A stretch of DNA of 64,000 bases from a virus: positions 12,345-76,344 of the IMG/VR virus record IMGVR_UViG_3300036859_000186, one strand, 5' to 3'. Each line of letters begins with the position of its first letter. Position 1 is the stretch's first letter. Below the pieces are notes generated by a model, which searched no databases, was not told where the DNA came from, and saw nothing but the letters and a program-made list of their open reading frames with translations. Below are positions 29,574 through 38,176 of this stretch, in pieces. Both the position numbers and the translations under genes were made by a program.

Positions 29574-30289
29574 TGTCCTACCTGCCTGCCGACCAGCTAG
29601 CGCCCGGTATGGGCGGAAACGGTCGAACGCTCCGAGCCTAGCACGGCACCTAGCGCGGTTGTCAAGCCTGCCCGTTGAAGCGTGCAATACCATGTTAAAC
29701 GCTACGCCTTGCAATGGCCTAACCCTGCCCTACCTATTGCTACCTAGCAGCGTAGACTAGCTATGCTACGTAAGTGTATGCGTATGCTAGGGTTACTGAC
29801 TAGTTAGCAGTGACGAAGGCGTGACATGACACAGACTGACAGAGCTAGCGCCTATGGAGCGTAGGCTGACATAGTAGAAGTGTGCAACTAACTGACAGGA
29901 GGGGACCCCCTCACACTCTTTGGGACTCCTGCGACTCCGCCGGGGGGTCCATTTACCAGAAAAAACTCAAAAAGGGTCAATGTGACTCTAAGTCCTTTAC
30001 TTTCAGTCACTTAACTCACAACGCATTGCTAAGAGGAGACTGCACAGTCTGGCACAAAAAACGCAAAATTCCCCCTCTTATATACTAGAACAAACACTGA
30101 GTTTTTGGGATTTGCAAGAGAGGAATTTGCGTCGGGGGTCCCATCTAGCCGACCTTTAAGACCACCCCAAACTGAGCCCAAAATGGCGCATTGCATGGCC
30201 CCTGCGAGACTCGCTAGTCTCATGCAACGGCCCCTGGGAGTCACTACGCAATCCCAAATGGCCCTTTGGAGCCTCTTGTGGTCTTTTCC

Positions 30290-30318
30290 TTGACAACCCC
30301 CATATATCGTGTTATAAT
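30290..30318 (+). promoter_or_regulatory. Perfect-consensus sigma70 promoter
   Basis: TTGACA-17 nt-TATAAT with TG extension, upstream of the RNA cluster and terminase genes. Confidence 0.88.
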
Positions 30319-30419
30319 CACTCCTACTGGCTGACAATTATCCCTTTCCTGTCACCTCCCCGCCCCTGAGGCTTCGAGAGAAGCCGATTTTGCCACTGGC
30401 TTCCTCCCCTCCCTCCTAA

Positions 30420-30532
30420 GCCGGGCTCGGCAGGGCAAATTGCGTTAGGGTTGAATATCGGAGCTTACAGCTCCTTCGCGGCGGGAACCCTACATTCTCG
30501 GGGGCCAGGTCTAAAGCCTGTGTCCCCGGCCA
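30420..30532 (+). ncRNA. Candidate tRNA-like structured RNA
   Basis: GCCGGG/CCCGGC-CA ends; UAGGGUU/AACCCUA enclosing GGAGC-UUACA-GCUCC; CAGG-UCUAAAG-CCUG T-like arm; 6 nt upstream of tRNA-Gly. Confidence 0.45.
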
Positions 30533-30538
30533 TTTTGA

Positions 30539-30613
30539 GCCACTGTAGTATAACGGTAGTATCCTTGCCTTCCAAGCAGGTGGGTGCGAGTTCGACTCTC
30601 GCCAGCCGCTCCA
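30539..30613 (+). tRNA. tRNA-Gly (TCC), acceptor stem with two mismatches
   Basis: CUUGC CU-UCC-AA GCAGG; T arm GCGAG UUCGACU CUCGC; U73-CCA; acceptor GCCACUG/CAGCCGC. Confidence 0.85.
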
Positions 30614-30779
30614 TGCCGGGGCGGTGCACACAAACTCTTCCCCGGCCCCAATCTATTTAGCAGCGTCCGAAACTACCTTGATTGGTCAACACCAAGCGAC
30701 GCCTCCGGTGAATCCCGGCCCTGGTTGGTGATCCTAACTCCAGGCTGCTAACTACCTTTTAATCACGAGCATCTCTCGC

Positions 30780-31532
30780 ATGGCCTTTCCTAAGGCAACT
30801 CGCCGATATACTCAATTGGCCCTTGAAGAGGCTCAGAAGCACGAAGATGACACCTCTCGAAGAACTGGACCTCTTTTGCCAGAACCAACTCCAACGACTC
30901 CAAGAAAGTCTAGGGGCGGACCCGATTTCCATAAGCCCGGCTGCGGCTGTATTGCCTGCCGTGCACGCCGTCGGAAGGCGGAAGCCCTCGCTGGACCAAC
31001 TAGAAGCGATACCAGCCTTGAGGATTACGCCCAGGCCGTGGTCAACACGCCTGCGGAAGAAGTTCTAGACGCCGATCTCCCGGTCCACGTCTTCCGAGAC
31101 AAGACGCCTCGCGCCCGAGTAGCTCAATGGATGGCTATCAAGGCCCAAAACCCCAAGCTCAACAACCGAGAAATCTCGGAGGAAATGGGGATTGCCTACT
31201 CAACTCTTAAATCCATCCTCTCTCGTGCCAACAAAGCGGGCTGGCTGGTCTTCGATGACCCCCTCTCTCGGATTGAGCACGAGATTATCCCCCAAGCTCT
31301 TGACAACGTCGCCTACTGGCTTGCCAAAAAGGACAAGTCGGTCACGATTGAGACCGTCAAGAACACCGTCTACCGCCAATATCTCGACTCTAAGGGTATT
31401 TCTGAGACGCCTAACAACGTTATTGCCCTGAAAATTGAGATGCCCCCCACTCTGAGCGGTCCAGTAAACTCCCTTCCCATCATTACCGGCCAAATCGTCG
31501 GTAAACCACGCCTTCCTGAGGGTGAGAGCTAG
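30780..31532 (+). CDS. Probable terminase small subunit / HTH protein
   Basis: HTH-like NREISEEMGIAYSTLKSIL; lies upstream of the large terminase. Confidence 0.6.
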   Translation: MAFPKATRRYTQLALEEAQKHEDDTSRRTGPLLPEPTPTTPRKSRGGPDFHKPGCGCIACRARRRKAEALAGPTRSDTSLEDYAQAVVNTPAEEVLDADLPVHVFRDKTPRARVAQWMAIKAQNPKLNNREISEEMGIAYSTLKSILSRANKAGWLVFDDPLSRIEHEIIPQALDNVAYWLAKKDKSVTIETVKNTVYRQYLDSKGISETPNNVIALKIEMPPTLSGPVNSLPIITGQIVGKPRLPEGES

Positions 31533-31571
31533 AAATCAGCTCATTAAATTCGGCAAGAAAGCGAATTTTTT

Positions 31572-31742
31572 ATGCCATGGAAATCTAGAGCCCAAGCGGC
31601 CTTCATGCACATTCACCATCCTGAGATTGCTGAACATTTTGACGAGGAAACTCGCAAAGCTGGCAAGAAAAAGCTTCCCTACAAGGTCGGAAAGCGCGCC
31701 GTGGATGGTCTAAAATCGGCTCACAAGCGTAAAAAGGACTAA
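31572..31742 (+). CDS. Small conserved phage protein (MPxKSxAQ family)
   Basis: Hand-translated MPWKSRAQAAFMHIHHPEIAEHFDEET...LPYKV. Confidence 0.65.
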   Translation: MPWKSRAQAAFMHIHHPEIAEHFDEETRKAGKKKLPYKVGKRAVDGLKSAHKRKKD

Positions 31743-31755
31743 ACGACGAGTTTCT

Positions 31756-33213
31756 ATGGCTAAGTGGACCCCAATAACTGCTGAGCCATTCTTCTATCAG
31801 CCAGACCAGCAGGCATTCCTTGCTGGAATGAAGAAACGCTGGTGCAAAACCTGCAAAGAGCCCTACCAAACAGTCCCGCCAATCGTAGCATGCCCAAAAT
31901 GTCTACTTAAGGGCTCCCGAATGTTTGACCGGATGACAATCATCGCCGGACGACGTTGGGGCAAGTCCAAAGTAGGCTCCGTAGCGGGAGTTGAAGAGGC
32001 TACAGTTCCAGGAACCATCGGATGGGCCTGTGCTCCTACCAATCAGAAGCTCCACCGCTACGTAATTCCTGCCTTCGAAGAACTGATCCCAGAAAATTGG
32101 GTCAAAAGCTGGTCAGCTGAGTTCAATGATCTCCGACTCATCAACAATTCCTTAATTCACTTCCAGACACTCGAAGATCCCGACCAGGGACGAGGGCAGG
32201 GACTGGATTGGCTATGGATTGATGAGGTCTGCGAGCTTACTCGTAAGCACTGGGACATTATCCGACCCTCTCTAGCTGGTGATACGGTCGCTTTCTTCAC
32301 AACCTCTCCCCGTTCTTACGACTGGGTCTATGAGGAACTCTACAAACCCGCTGAAGATGGTCTTCCAGGCTACTGGGCCTGCCACGCCCGAACCGCAGAC
32401 TCTGCAAACCCTCGAATCAACGCCGAATTCCTGGCGAGAGAGCGTGAGCAGATGTCTGAGACGATGTATCGGCAGGAATATGAAGCCGACTTCGTTCACT
32501 TTACTGGATCGGTGTATGGGGATGCCCTCTCTGGTCAGATTCTGCGAACAGATGCAGAAATCAAGCGGCTCATTCCTGAATGGCCCGAGGTGGCCGGGTG
32601 GCGACAGGTTATCGTCGGAATCGACACCGGAGCAGACCACCCTTTCGGCGCAGTCAAGCTCGTCAACACCGAATCCGGCCTCGTTGTCATCGGAGACTAC
32701 CTCGAACGGCACCGCACGTTCATGACGCACTGCTCTGACCTCCACAGACTTGCTGCAAGCACCTCCACACGGTGGGCATGCAACAAAAATGAGCGTCAGG
32801 GTATGCTAGAACTCTCTCAGCACAACATTACATGCTGGCCCGCCAACAACGACGTTGTTGCTGGCACAGAACGAGTCAAATCGTGGCTGGAACACAAGCA
32901 GCTCTTCTTTTACGAGCCAATGTGTCGTCGGACCATCCAACAGATGATGGCCTACCGCTGGGCCGAGAACACATCACCCAAAACTGACGAAAAGCGCACG
33001 GAAAAGGTCTTCAAGAAGGATGACGAACTTCCAGACTGCCTCCGCTACGCCCTCATGACCTGGCCACAGCTTCCAGGCCCTCGTCTCGTTGCGAAACCCC
33101 AACGAGACATCACAAACCTTCCACCAGAAATGCGTAGCGCCATCGAAAGGATGCGCCGCATCGACGCGGAACCAGAACCGGCCAAAGATACCACTGGCGA
33201 CTTCTGGAAATAG
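31756..33213 (+). CDS. terL: Terminase large subunit
   Basis: Walker A AGRRWGKS, GRGQGLDWLWIDE Walker B, TTSP, YRQEYEADF, nuclease GIDTG...DDELPDCLRY. Confidence 0.95.
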   Translation: MAKWTPITAEPFFYQPDQQAFLAGMKKRWCKTCKEPYQTVPPIVACPKCLLKGSRMFDRMTIIAGRRWGKSKVGSVAGVEEATVPGTIGWACAPTNQKLHRYVIPAFEELIPENWVKSWSAEFNDLRLINNSLIHFQTLEDPDQGRGQGLDWLWIDEVCELTRKHWDIIRPSLAGDTVAFFTTSPRSYDWVYEELYKPAEDGLPGYWACHARTADSANPRINAEFLAREREQMSETMYRQEYEADFVHFTGSVYGDALSGQILRTDAEIKRLIPEWPEVAGWRQVIVGIDTGADHPFGAVKLVNTESGLVVIGDYLERHRTFMTHCSDLHRLAASTSTRWACNKNERQGMLELSQHNITCWPANNDVVAGTERVKSWLEHKQLFFYEPMCRRTIQQMMAYRWAENTSPKTDEKRTEKVFKKDDELPDCLRYALMTWPQLPGPRLVAKPQRDITNLPPEMRSAIERMRRIDAEPEPAKDTTGDFWK

Positions 33214-33221
33214 CTACTATT

Positions 33222-33662
33222 ATGTATAGAAAGTTAGCTGGAGAAAAACTTGTTGCTTACCGTGCTTATCAGCGTGAGTGGATGAAAAAGTATAGGCAAA
33301 ATCCATTGATCGCTAAACGTGGTTCTCAGCAAGCTCGTGAATGGCAGCTTAAAAATCCAATTAGATTTGCATTTAGTTCATATAGTAGACGAGCTAAAAG
33401 AAAGCAATATGAATTCGAGTTTACTATTAAAGAATTTGAGCAAATGCTAAAAGCATCTTGTTATTATTGTGGAGCAATACCACCTCCCTTTAATGGCATT
33501 GATCGTATTGACAGCTCTATAGGCTATACCAAACTAAATTCTGTTACTGCATGTCAGACTTGTAATTTAGCAAAAAATGATTTGTCAATAAGAGAATTCA
33601 CAAGTTGGATTGAAAGAGTATCCAATCACATGCTTGGAGGCGCAAATGGCGTCTTATGTTAA
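33222..33662 (+). CDS. HNH homing endonuclease
   Basis: CYYCG...NGIDRIDSSIGY...NSVTACQTCNLAK; strongly AT-rich. Confidence 0.88.
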   Translation: MYRKLAGEKLVAYRAYQREWMKKYRQNPLIAKRGSQQAREWQLKNPIRFAFSSYSRRAKRKQYEFEFTIKEFEQMLKASCYYCGAIPPPFNGIDRIDSSIGYTKLNSVTACQTCNLAKNDLSIREFTSWIERVSNHMLGGANGVLC

Positions 33663-34077
33663 GATACTTGATTTCGTGGAGCAACTAGGTCTTGCTAAGC
33701 ACAATTGCAACACCGATACGTTCAAGGTCATGCTCACAAACGTGGCCCCAGTTGCCACGAACACGGTGAAGGCCGACCTAACCGAAATCTCTGCCGGTTC
33801 CGGCTATACAGCCGGTGGAGAGGACGCCCAGAACACCTATGCTGAGGCTGCCGGCACAGCAACCTGCACCTGCACCAAGATTGTTTGGACCGCTACGGGT
33901 GGGTCAATCGGACCTTTCCGTTACTTCACGATTTACAACGACACGCAGACCTCCCCAGCCGATCCACTTATCGCTTTCTGGGACTATGCCTCCTCGGTCA
34001 CTCTACTAGATGGCGAAACTTTCACAATCAAATTCAACAATGGCGCAGTCACAGGAACTCTCTTCACCATCGCCTAA
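33646..34077 (+). CDS. Virion structural protein
   Basis: GGAGG RBS; Thr/Ala-rich; GYTAGG...WTA..G.IGPFRY pattern common in phage tail-associated proteins. Confidence 0.65.
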   Translation: MASYVKILDFVEQLGLAKHNCNTDTFKVMLTNVAPVATNTVKADLTEISAGSGYTAGGEDAQNTYAEAAGTATCTCTKIVWTATGGSIGPFRYFTIYNDTQTSPADPLIAFWDYASSVTLLDGETFTIKFNNGAVTGTLFTIA

Positions 34078-34255
34078 CACGGCCCCTAACAAGTGCTGTG
34101 CTGAATCACTTGCGGGTGAACGAGCAGTCATGTATACCCATCGTGGTGATCTCTCAATTACCACATGTATCGAGTGTGGTCGTAAGCACTACGAGCTAAC
34201 CCTAGATCCTGGGCGGTTCGGCATCAAATTCTTTGGTCCTAACTAAGCTGCGCAA

Positions 34256-35392
34256 ATGGCCAATTTCAACTTCAGAACATTCACACACTCTGGCCGACTA
34301 GAGCGCTGGCTCGGACCCAACCATGTTGAGTCCATGAGCACGTCGATGAAGGACTGGTATGGTCCTCCTATTGCTGTCTCTGGCGTCCCAGGAAACGTGT
34401 GGGCAATGAAGGGCGGTGACTTCACTGGCCCTTGCAATTGGGGTCAGTTTGCTAACATCAAGGACTACACGACCCAACACATTAAGCGTATCCTTAGGAA
34501 TGTAGCAAAGCGTCAGCTCTCCACAACCAATGCCGGCTTTGCCTCCCTTTCCGACATCATCTCTGAAGCTACAGTTGGTGGGAAGGCTCGCTTTTTCCAT
34601 TACCATAAAAATGGTGTGACTGGCGCAGTGAACGTAACTAGCTCTCTTTGGGGACTAGGAACTATGCCCACAGCTGGTGCAAATGCTGCCGCGGCACCCG
34701 GTGGAGAAGCTCCAGTCGATTCCACAGTTGGAGCTTATGCATTTACTAATCCAACGGGTGGTGACACACAACATATCATAAACCTAGCAATGGGTGGATC
34801 TGTTGCTGCTAACAATCTTCTTCTATACGATCGAATCTTCCAAGTTGATAAGACCATGAACTCCAGTGCCACCGAGTCGGTAACAGGAGTTCCCACTCGC
34901 TATCAATCCTCTACTTCGACCGATGCCAACTATGCTGGAGGCAATTTCTTTTTCCCAGAAGTCGGTGGCACTGCTCTAGCTAATACTGCTCATAACTGGA
35001 CAGTGTGCCAATACCGCAACCAGGCCGGCACGGATGCTCAAACTGCACCCTCAGCAACAGGAGTGAACTCAGCCATTGCACGCCGTATTGATCTCAGTGC
35101 GGCGGGTGCATGGTTCATGCCACTGGCTTCAGGTGACACGGGCGCAATGGACCTGGCACAAATCCAATGTTCAGCTCTTGTGGCCACAGGTGTCATCAAC
35201 TTCGTTATAGGTCACCCGATCGCGTGGTGCCCTTGCCCAGTTGCCAACATCATCAATATCAATGACAATATCATGACTGCCTTCAATCTAGTCAGGGTAT
35301 TTGATGATGCTGCTCTCGCCTGGTTAGAGGTTAATAAGCCTGCTACAACTGCTACGACCTACACGGGAACTATTACAACGGTAAGCGGCTAG
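34256..35392 (+). CDS. Structural protein, paralog A
   Basis: Shares long identical peptides with 35408..36526. Confidence 0.75.
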   Translation: MANFNFRTFTHSGRLERWLGPNHVESMSTSMKDWYGPPIAVSGVPGNVWAMKGGDFTGPCNWGQFANIKDYTTQHIKRILRNVAKRQLSTTNAGFASLSDIISEATVGGKARFFHYHKNGVTGAVNVTSSLWGLGTMPTAGANAAAAPGGEAPVDSTVGAYAFTNPTGGDTQHIINLAMGGSVAANNLLLYDRIFQVDKTMNSSATESVTGVPTRYQSSTSTDANYAGGNFFFPEVGGTALANTAHNWTVCQYRNQAGTDAQTAPSATGVNSAIARRIDLSAAGAWFMPLASGDTGAMDLAQIQCSALVATGVINFVIGHPIAWCPCPVANIININDNIMTAFNLVRVFDDAALAWLEVNKPATTATTYTGTITTVSG

Positions 35393-35407
35393 AGACTTTT
35401 CCCTAAA

Positions 35408-36526
35408 ATGTATATCCTTAACCAACGTAGCACGCATTCCTCCAGGCTAGAGAGGTGGTTAGGTCCAGAACAGGTAACTAAGCTATCTCTTAGCATGCAT
35501 GGATGGTATGGTCCACCCATCGCTTTAGCTAGTGTTCCTGGTTCAGTGTGGGCTACTGGCGATGGCGACTTTGTGGGGCCTATTACTGCGGGTCGTCTCG
35601 CCCATGCTTACGATTACCTTCGTGATCGTGTGCGAGCCCGCATCCGCCACATTGGTCGCAGCCAGATGACCAAACTTGGTTCTGGTTTTGTTGACCTAGC
35701 AGATGTCACATCCTCACTACATACAACTCAATATCTAAATTTCTACAAGGATGTCACCACAAACGGACTTATTACAGCTTCCTATTGGGGGCTTGGTGGT
35801 GTGCCATCTGCTGGTGCCAACGCTGCAGCAGCTCCTGGCGGCGAAGCTCCTACCCGTGCCACTACAGGTGCCCTAGGTCAATACAATCCGCCGGCAAGCA
35901 ATACACAGCATTTTTCTCGTGCCAATACCTTCACTGACGGACAGGCTTCATCCTATCTTCTATATGATAGATTGTTCCAAGTGAACAAGACTATGAACTC
36001 TACCACTGCAGAATCAGTAACTGGAGTCCCTACTCGCTATCAGTCCTCAACCTCCACTGACATGGACTATGCGGCAGGAAACTTTTGTTTCCCTGAAGTT
36101 GGTGGCACCGCTCTTGCAGCCACAGCTCACAACTGGACAGTTTGCCAATATCGTAATCAAACAGGAACAGATGCTCAATCATTCCCATCAGTAGCCGGAC
36201 GATCAGCCGCACAGGCTCGAACTATCGATCTCCCGACTTCTTCATGGTTCATGCCACTATCCTCAGCTGATACTGGCGTAATAGACTTAGCACAAATACA
36301 GTGTGATGCTTTGGTGGCCACAGGCGTCATTAATTTCGTCATTGGCCATCCAATTGCATGGTTCACTAATCCAATCATCAATAACGTCTTCCAGTCCGAC
36401 GGCATTCTAACTGCCTTCAATATGGTTAGAATATTTGATGATGCTGCCCTCACCATACTGGACATCTACAGAACAAATTCGACAGCATCCACAGTAACTG
36501 GAAATATTGAAACCATCTGGGGTTAA
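35408..36526 (+). CDS. Structural protein, paralog B
   Basis: Shared with paralog A: RLERWLGP, WYGPPIA, AGANAAAAPGGEAP, ESVTGVPTRYQSSTSTD, ALVATGVINFVIGHPIAW. Confidence 0.75.
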   Translation: MYILNQRSTHSSRLERWLGPEQVTKLSLSMHGWYGPPIALASVPGSVWATGDGDFVGPITAGRLAHAYDYLRDRVRARIRHIGRSQMTKLGSGFVDLADVTSSLHTTQYLNFYKDVTTNGLITASYWGLGGVPSAGANAAAAPGGEAPTRATTGALGQYNPPASNTQHFSRANTFTDGQASSYLLYDRLFQVNKTMNSTTAESVTGVPTRYQSSTSTDMDYAAGNFCFPEVGGTALAATAHNWTVCQYRNQTGTDAQSFPSVAGRSAAQARTIDLPTSSWFMPLSSADTGVIDLAQIQCDALVATGVINFVIGHPIAWFTNPIINNVFQSDGILTAFNMVRIFDDAALTILDIYRTNSTASTVTGNIETIWG

Positions 36527-36528
36527 GA

Positions 36529-37047
36529 TTGGCCACCTACAATTCCTCAATTCCCAGGGGGACACTGATAGGTTCCTTAGCTTGGGCACCTACTAGCACT
36601 TCCCACAATCCTAATCCGCCCATCACTATTGAGGGAACGGGCCTTGTCAATTACGAGCTGAATCTAGAGCCGGGCACCTACACGCTCACAGGTGCCGATC
36701 TCACACTACTCCGAACTTACATTCTTAACCTGGAACCAGGTGTCTATACACTAACAGGCTTCTTTGTTTCGAACGCCAAGGATTATGAGCTAAACCTGGA
36801 ACCAGGTGTCTACACCCTTACTGGCTCAGATACAACCCCATCAGTAGGTCGGTTCCTCAATCTTGAGCCTGGCACCTACACACTCACTGGCTTCTTCGTT
36901 GACAATACACCTTCAATCACCTCTCTAGCTGTGCGCGATGGCCACATGCAGCGAGCCTACGTAGCAGGAGAAATCCTCCAGTCTACACAAGTCATGGACG
37001 AGCTGCTTTCAGCCTTTGTTAGTGACGAAATTCTAGAGGAAATCTAA
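36529..37047 (+). CDS. Structural protein with four internal repeats
   Basis: Four copies of LNLEPG(T/V)YTLTG. Confidence 0.7.
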   Translation: MATYNSSIPRGTLIGSLAWAPTSTSHNPNPPITIEGTGLVNYELNLEPGTYTLTGADLTLLRTYILNLEPGVYTLTGFFVSNAKDYELNLEPGVYTLTGSDTTPSVGRFLNLEPGTYTLTGFFVDNTPSITSLAVRDGHMQRAYVAGEILQSTQVMDELLSAFVSDEILEEI

Positions 37048-37463
37048 TGGCATCTCCTATCAAAGATTTTGGTCCGAATGATGCTATCCCAGAAGGATCA
37101 GATCGCCGCTACAAGTGCAAGTTCTTCGAGGCAGCTGACGGCGAGCCCCAAATCGATGACTCGGCCATCCTCACCATCACTGCTACCCTTCGAGACATCT
37201 CACCACAGGGCTCGAACAACATCATTAATAGCCGTCTCGATCAGAGCGTTCTGAACACGAATGGAGGCACCCTCGCCACCGACGGCACCTTTGCCCTGTT
37301 CCTCACAGGCAATACAGACAACGTCTGTATGACCCCACAAGAATCAGGCAAACTGGAACTGCACAAACTAACTATCAAGGTGACCTACACAAAGTCTGGT
37401 GGTGGCACGGGTTACCTGAATCATGAAATTCGCTTCTACGTTATGAATCTGGGAGATGTCTAA
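37047..37463 (+). CDS. Hypothetical structural protein (beta-sandwich-like)
   Basis: Coupled ORF in the late operon. Confidence 0.65.
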   Translation: MASPIKDFGPNDAIPEGSDRRYKCKFFEAADGEPQIDDSAILTITATLRDISPQGSNNIINSRLDQSVLNTNGGTLATDGTFALFLTGNTDNVCMTPQESGKLELHKLTIKVTYTKSGGGTGYLNHEIRFYVMNLGDV

Positions 37464-37816
37464 TGGCAGTAACCTCTACACGCCGAGAAGAAATCACCTT
37501 CGACGGGGACGTTGTTGGTGCCGAGATCCTGGAAGCAGCCGATAACCTGGTATCGCCAGGCTCCATCGAAATCAAAACACTCGCCTCAGGCTTCACCTCA
37601 ATCTCGGTCCCCACGGGTGGCTCAACCGTCACCGCCTGCACAATTGTCCCGCCAGCAGGCAACTCCACCTCCATCACTCTTAAGGGTGTCACAGGGGACA
37701 CAGGAATCCGTATCCACAATACGGACCCAACAACCATCGCAATCCATTCCTCGGTCACTGCCATCGGCATCACTACAGGTGCTATCATCACTGGCGTTCG
37801 TTTCTTCTGGTCCTAA
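37463..37816 (+). CDS. Hypothetical structural protein
   Basis: Thr/Gly-rich coupled ORF. Confidence 0.65.
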   Translation: MAVTSTRREEITFDGDVVGAEILEAADNLVSPGSIEIKTLASGFTSISVPTGGSTVTACTIVPPAGNSTSITLKGVTGDTGIRIHNTDPTTIAIHSSVTAIGITTGAIITGVRFFWS

Positions 37817-37830
37817 GGAGCTTCCATCGT

Positions 37831-38169
37831 ATGTGGCTTTCGTCTCGTCTCGTTGAAATCTTCGGCATCTCTAAAGAATCGTTTGACGACCTCCGTCAAG
37901 AACTAGCCACCACCAAGGCTGAGCGAGACTCCTACAAAGAGGAACTCTCTCGCACGACCATCATGGCTGACTGGCTCCGTATGCAAATCAACCAGCTCCA
38001 GATTGAGCGCACTCAGCTCCTGGACAAGGCATATGGCATCAAGACCCCAATCCCCGAGATAGCTCGGGCCAGACACGCCATCGCCCCCCACCTGGATGAA
38101 TTCTCATTCGAGGACGTAGGCGATGAAATGGCTAAAAAGCTGGGTCTACCAACTTACCACACCTCTTAA
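37831..38169 (+). CDS. Coiled-coil hypothetical protein
   Basis: TAAGGAG RBS; immediately precedes the portal. Confidence 0.65.
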   Translation: MWLSSRLVEIFGISKESFDDLRQELATTKAERDSYKEELSRTTIMADWLRMQINQLQIERTQLLDKAYGIKTPIPEIARARHAIAPHLDEFSFEDVGDEMAKKLGLPTYHTS

Positions 38170-38176
38170 GTAGCTA

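Larger units (their letters stand above)
28755..29672. repeat. 18-bp direct repeat GCGGTTGTCAAGCCTGCC (28755, 29655) plus 13-bp GCTAGCGCCCGGT (28671, 29596)
   Basis: Exact matches read from the sequence; the 18-mer contains TTGACA on the minus strand. Confidence 0.75.

Noticed and set aside
34256-36526. Diversity-generating retroelement TR/VR pair
   Set aside because: No reverse transcriptase in the window; differences are synonymous and not adenine-specific, and both copies are full genes.
36650-36900. CRISPR-like spaced repeats
   Set aside because: The repeats are in-frame peptide repeats with synonymous variation; no cas genes or identical DNA repeats are present.
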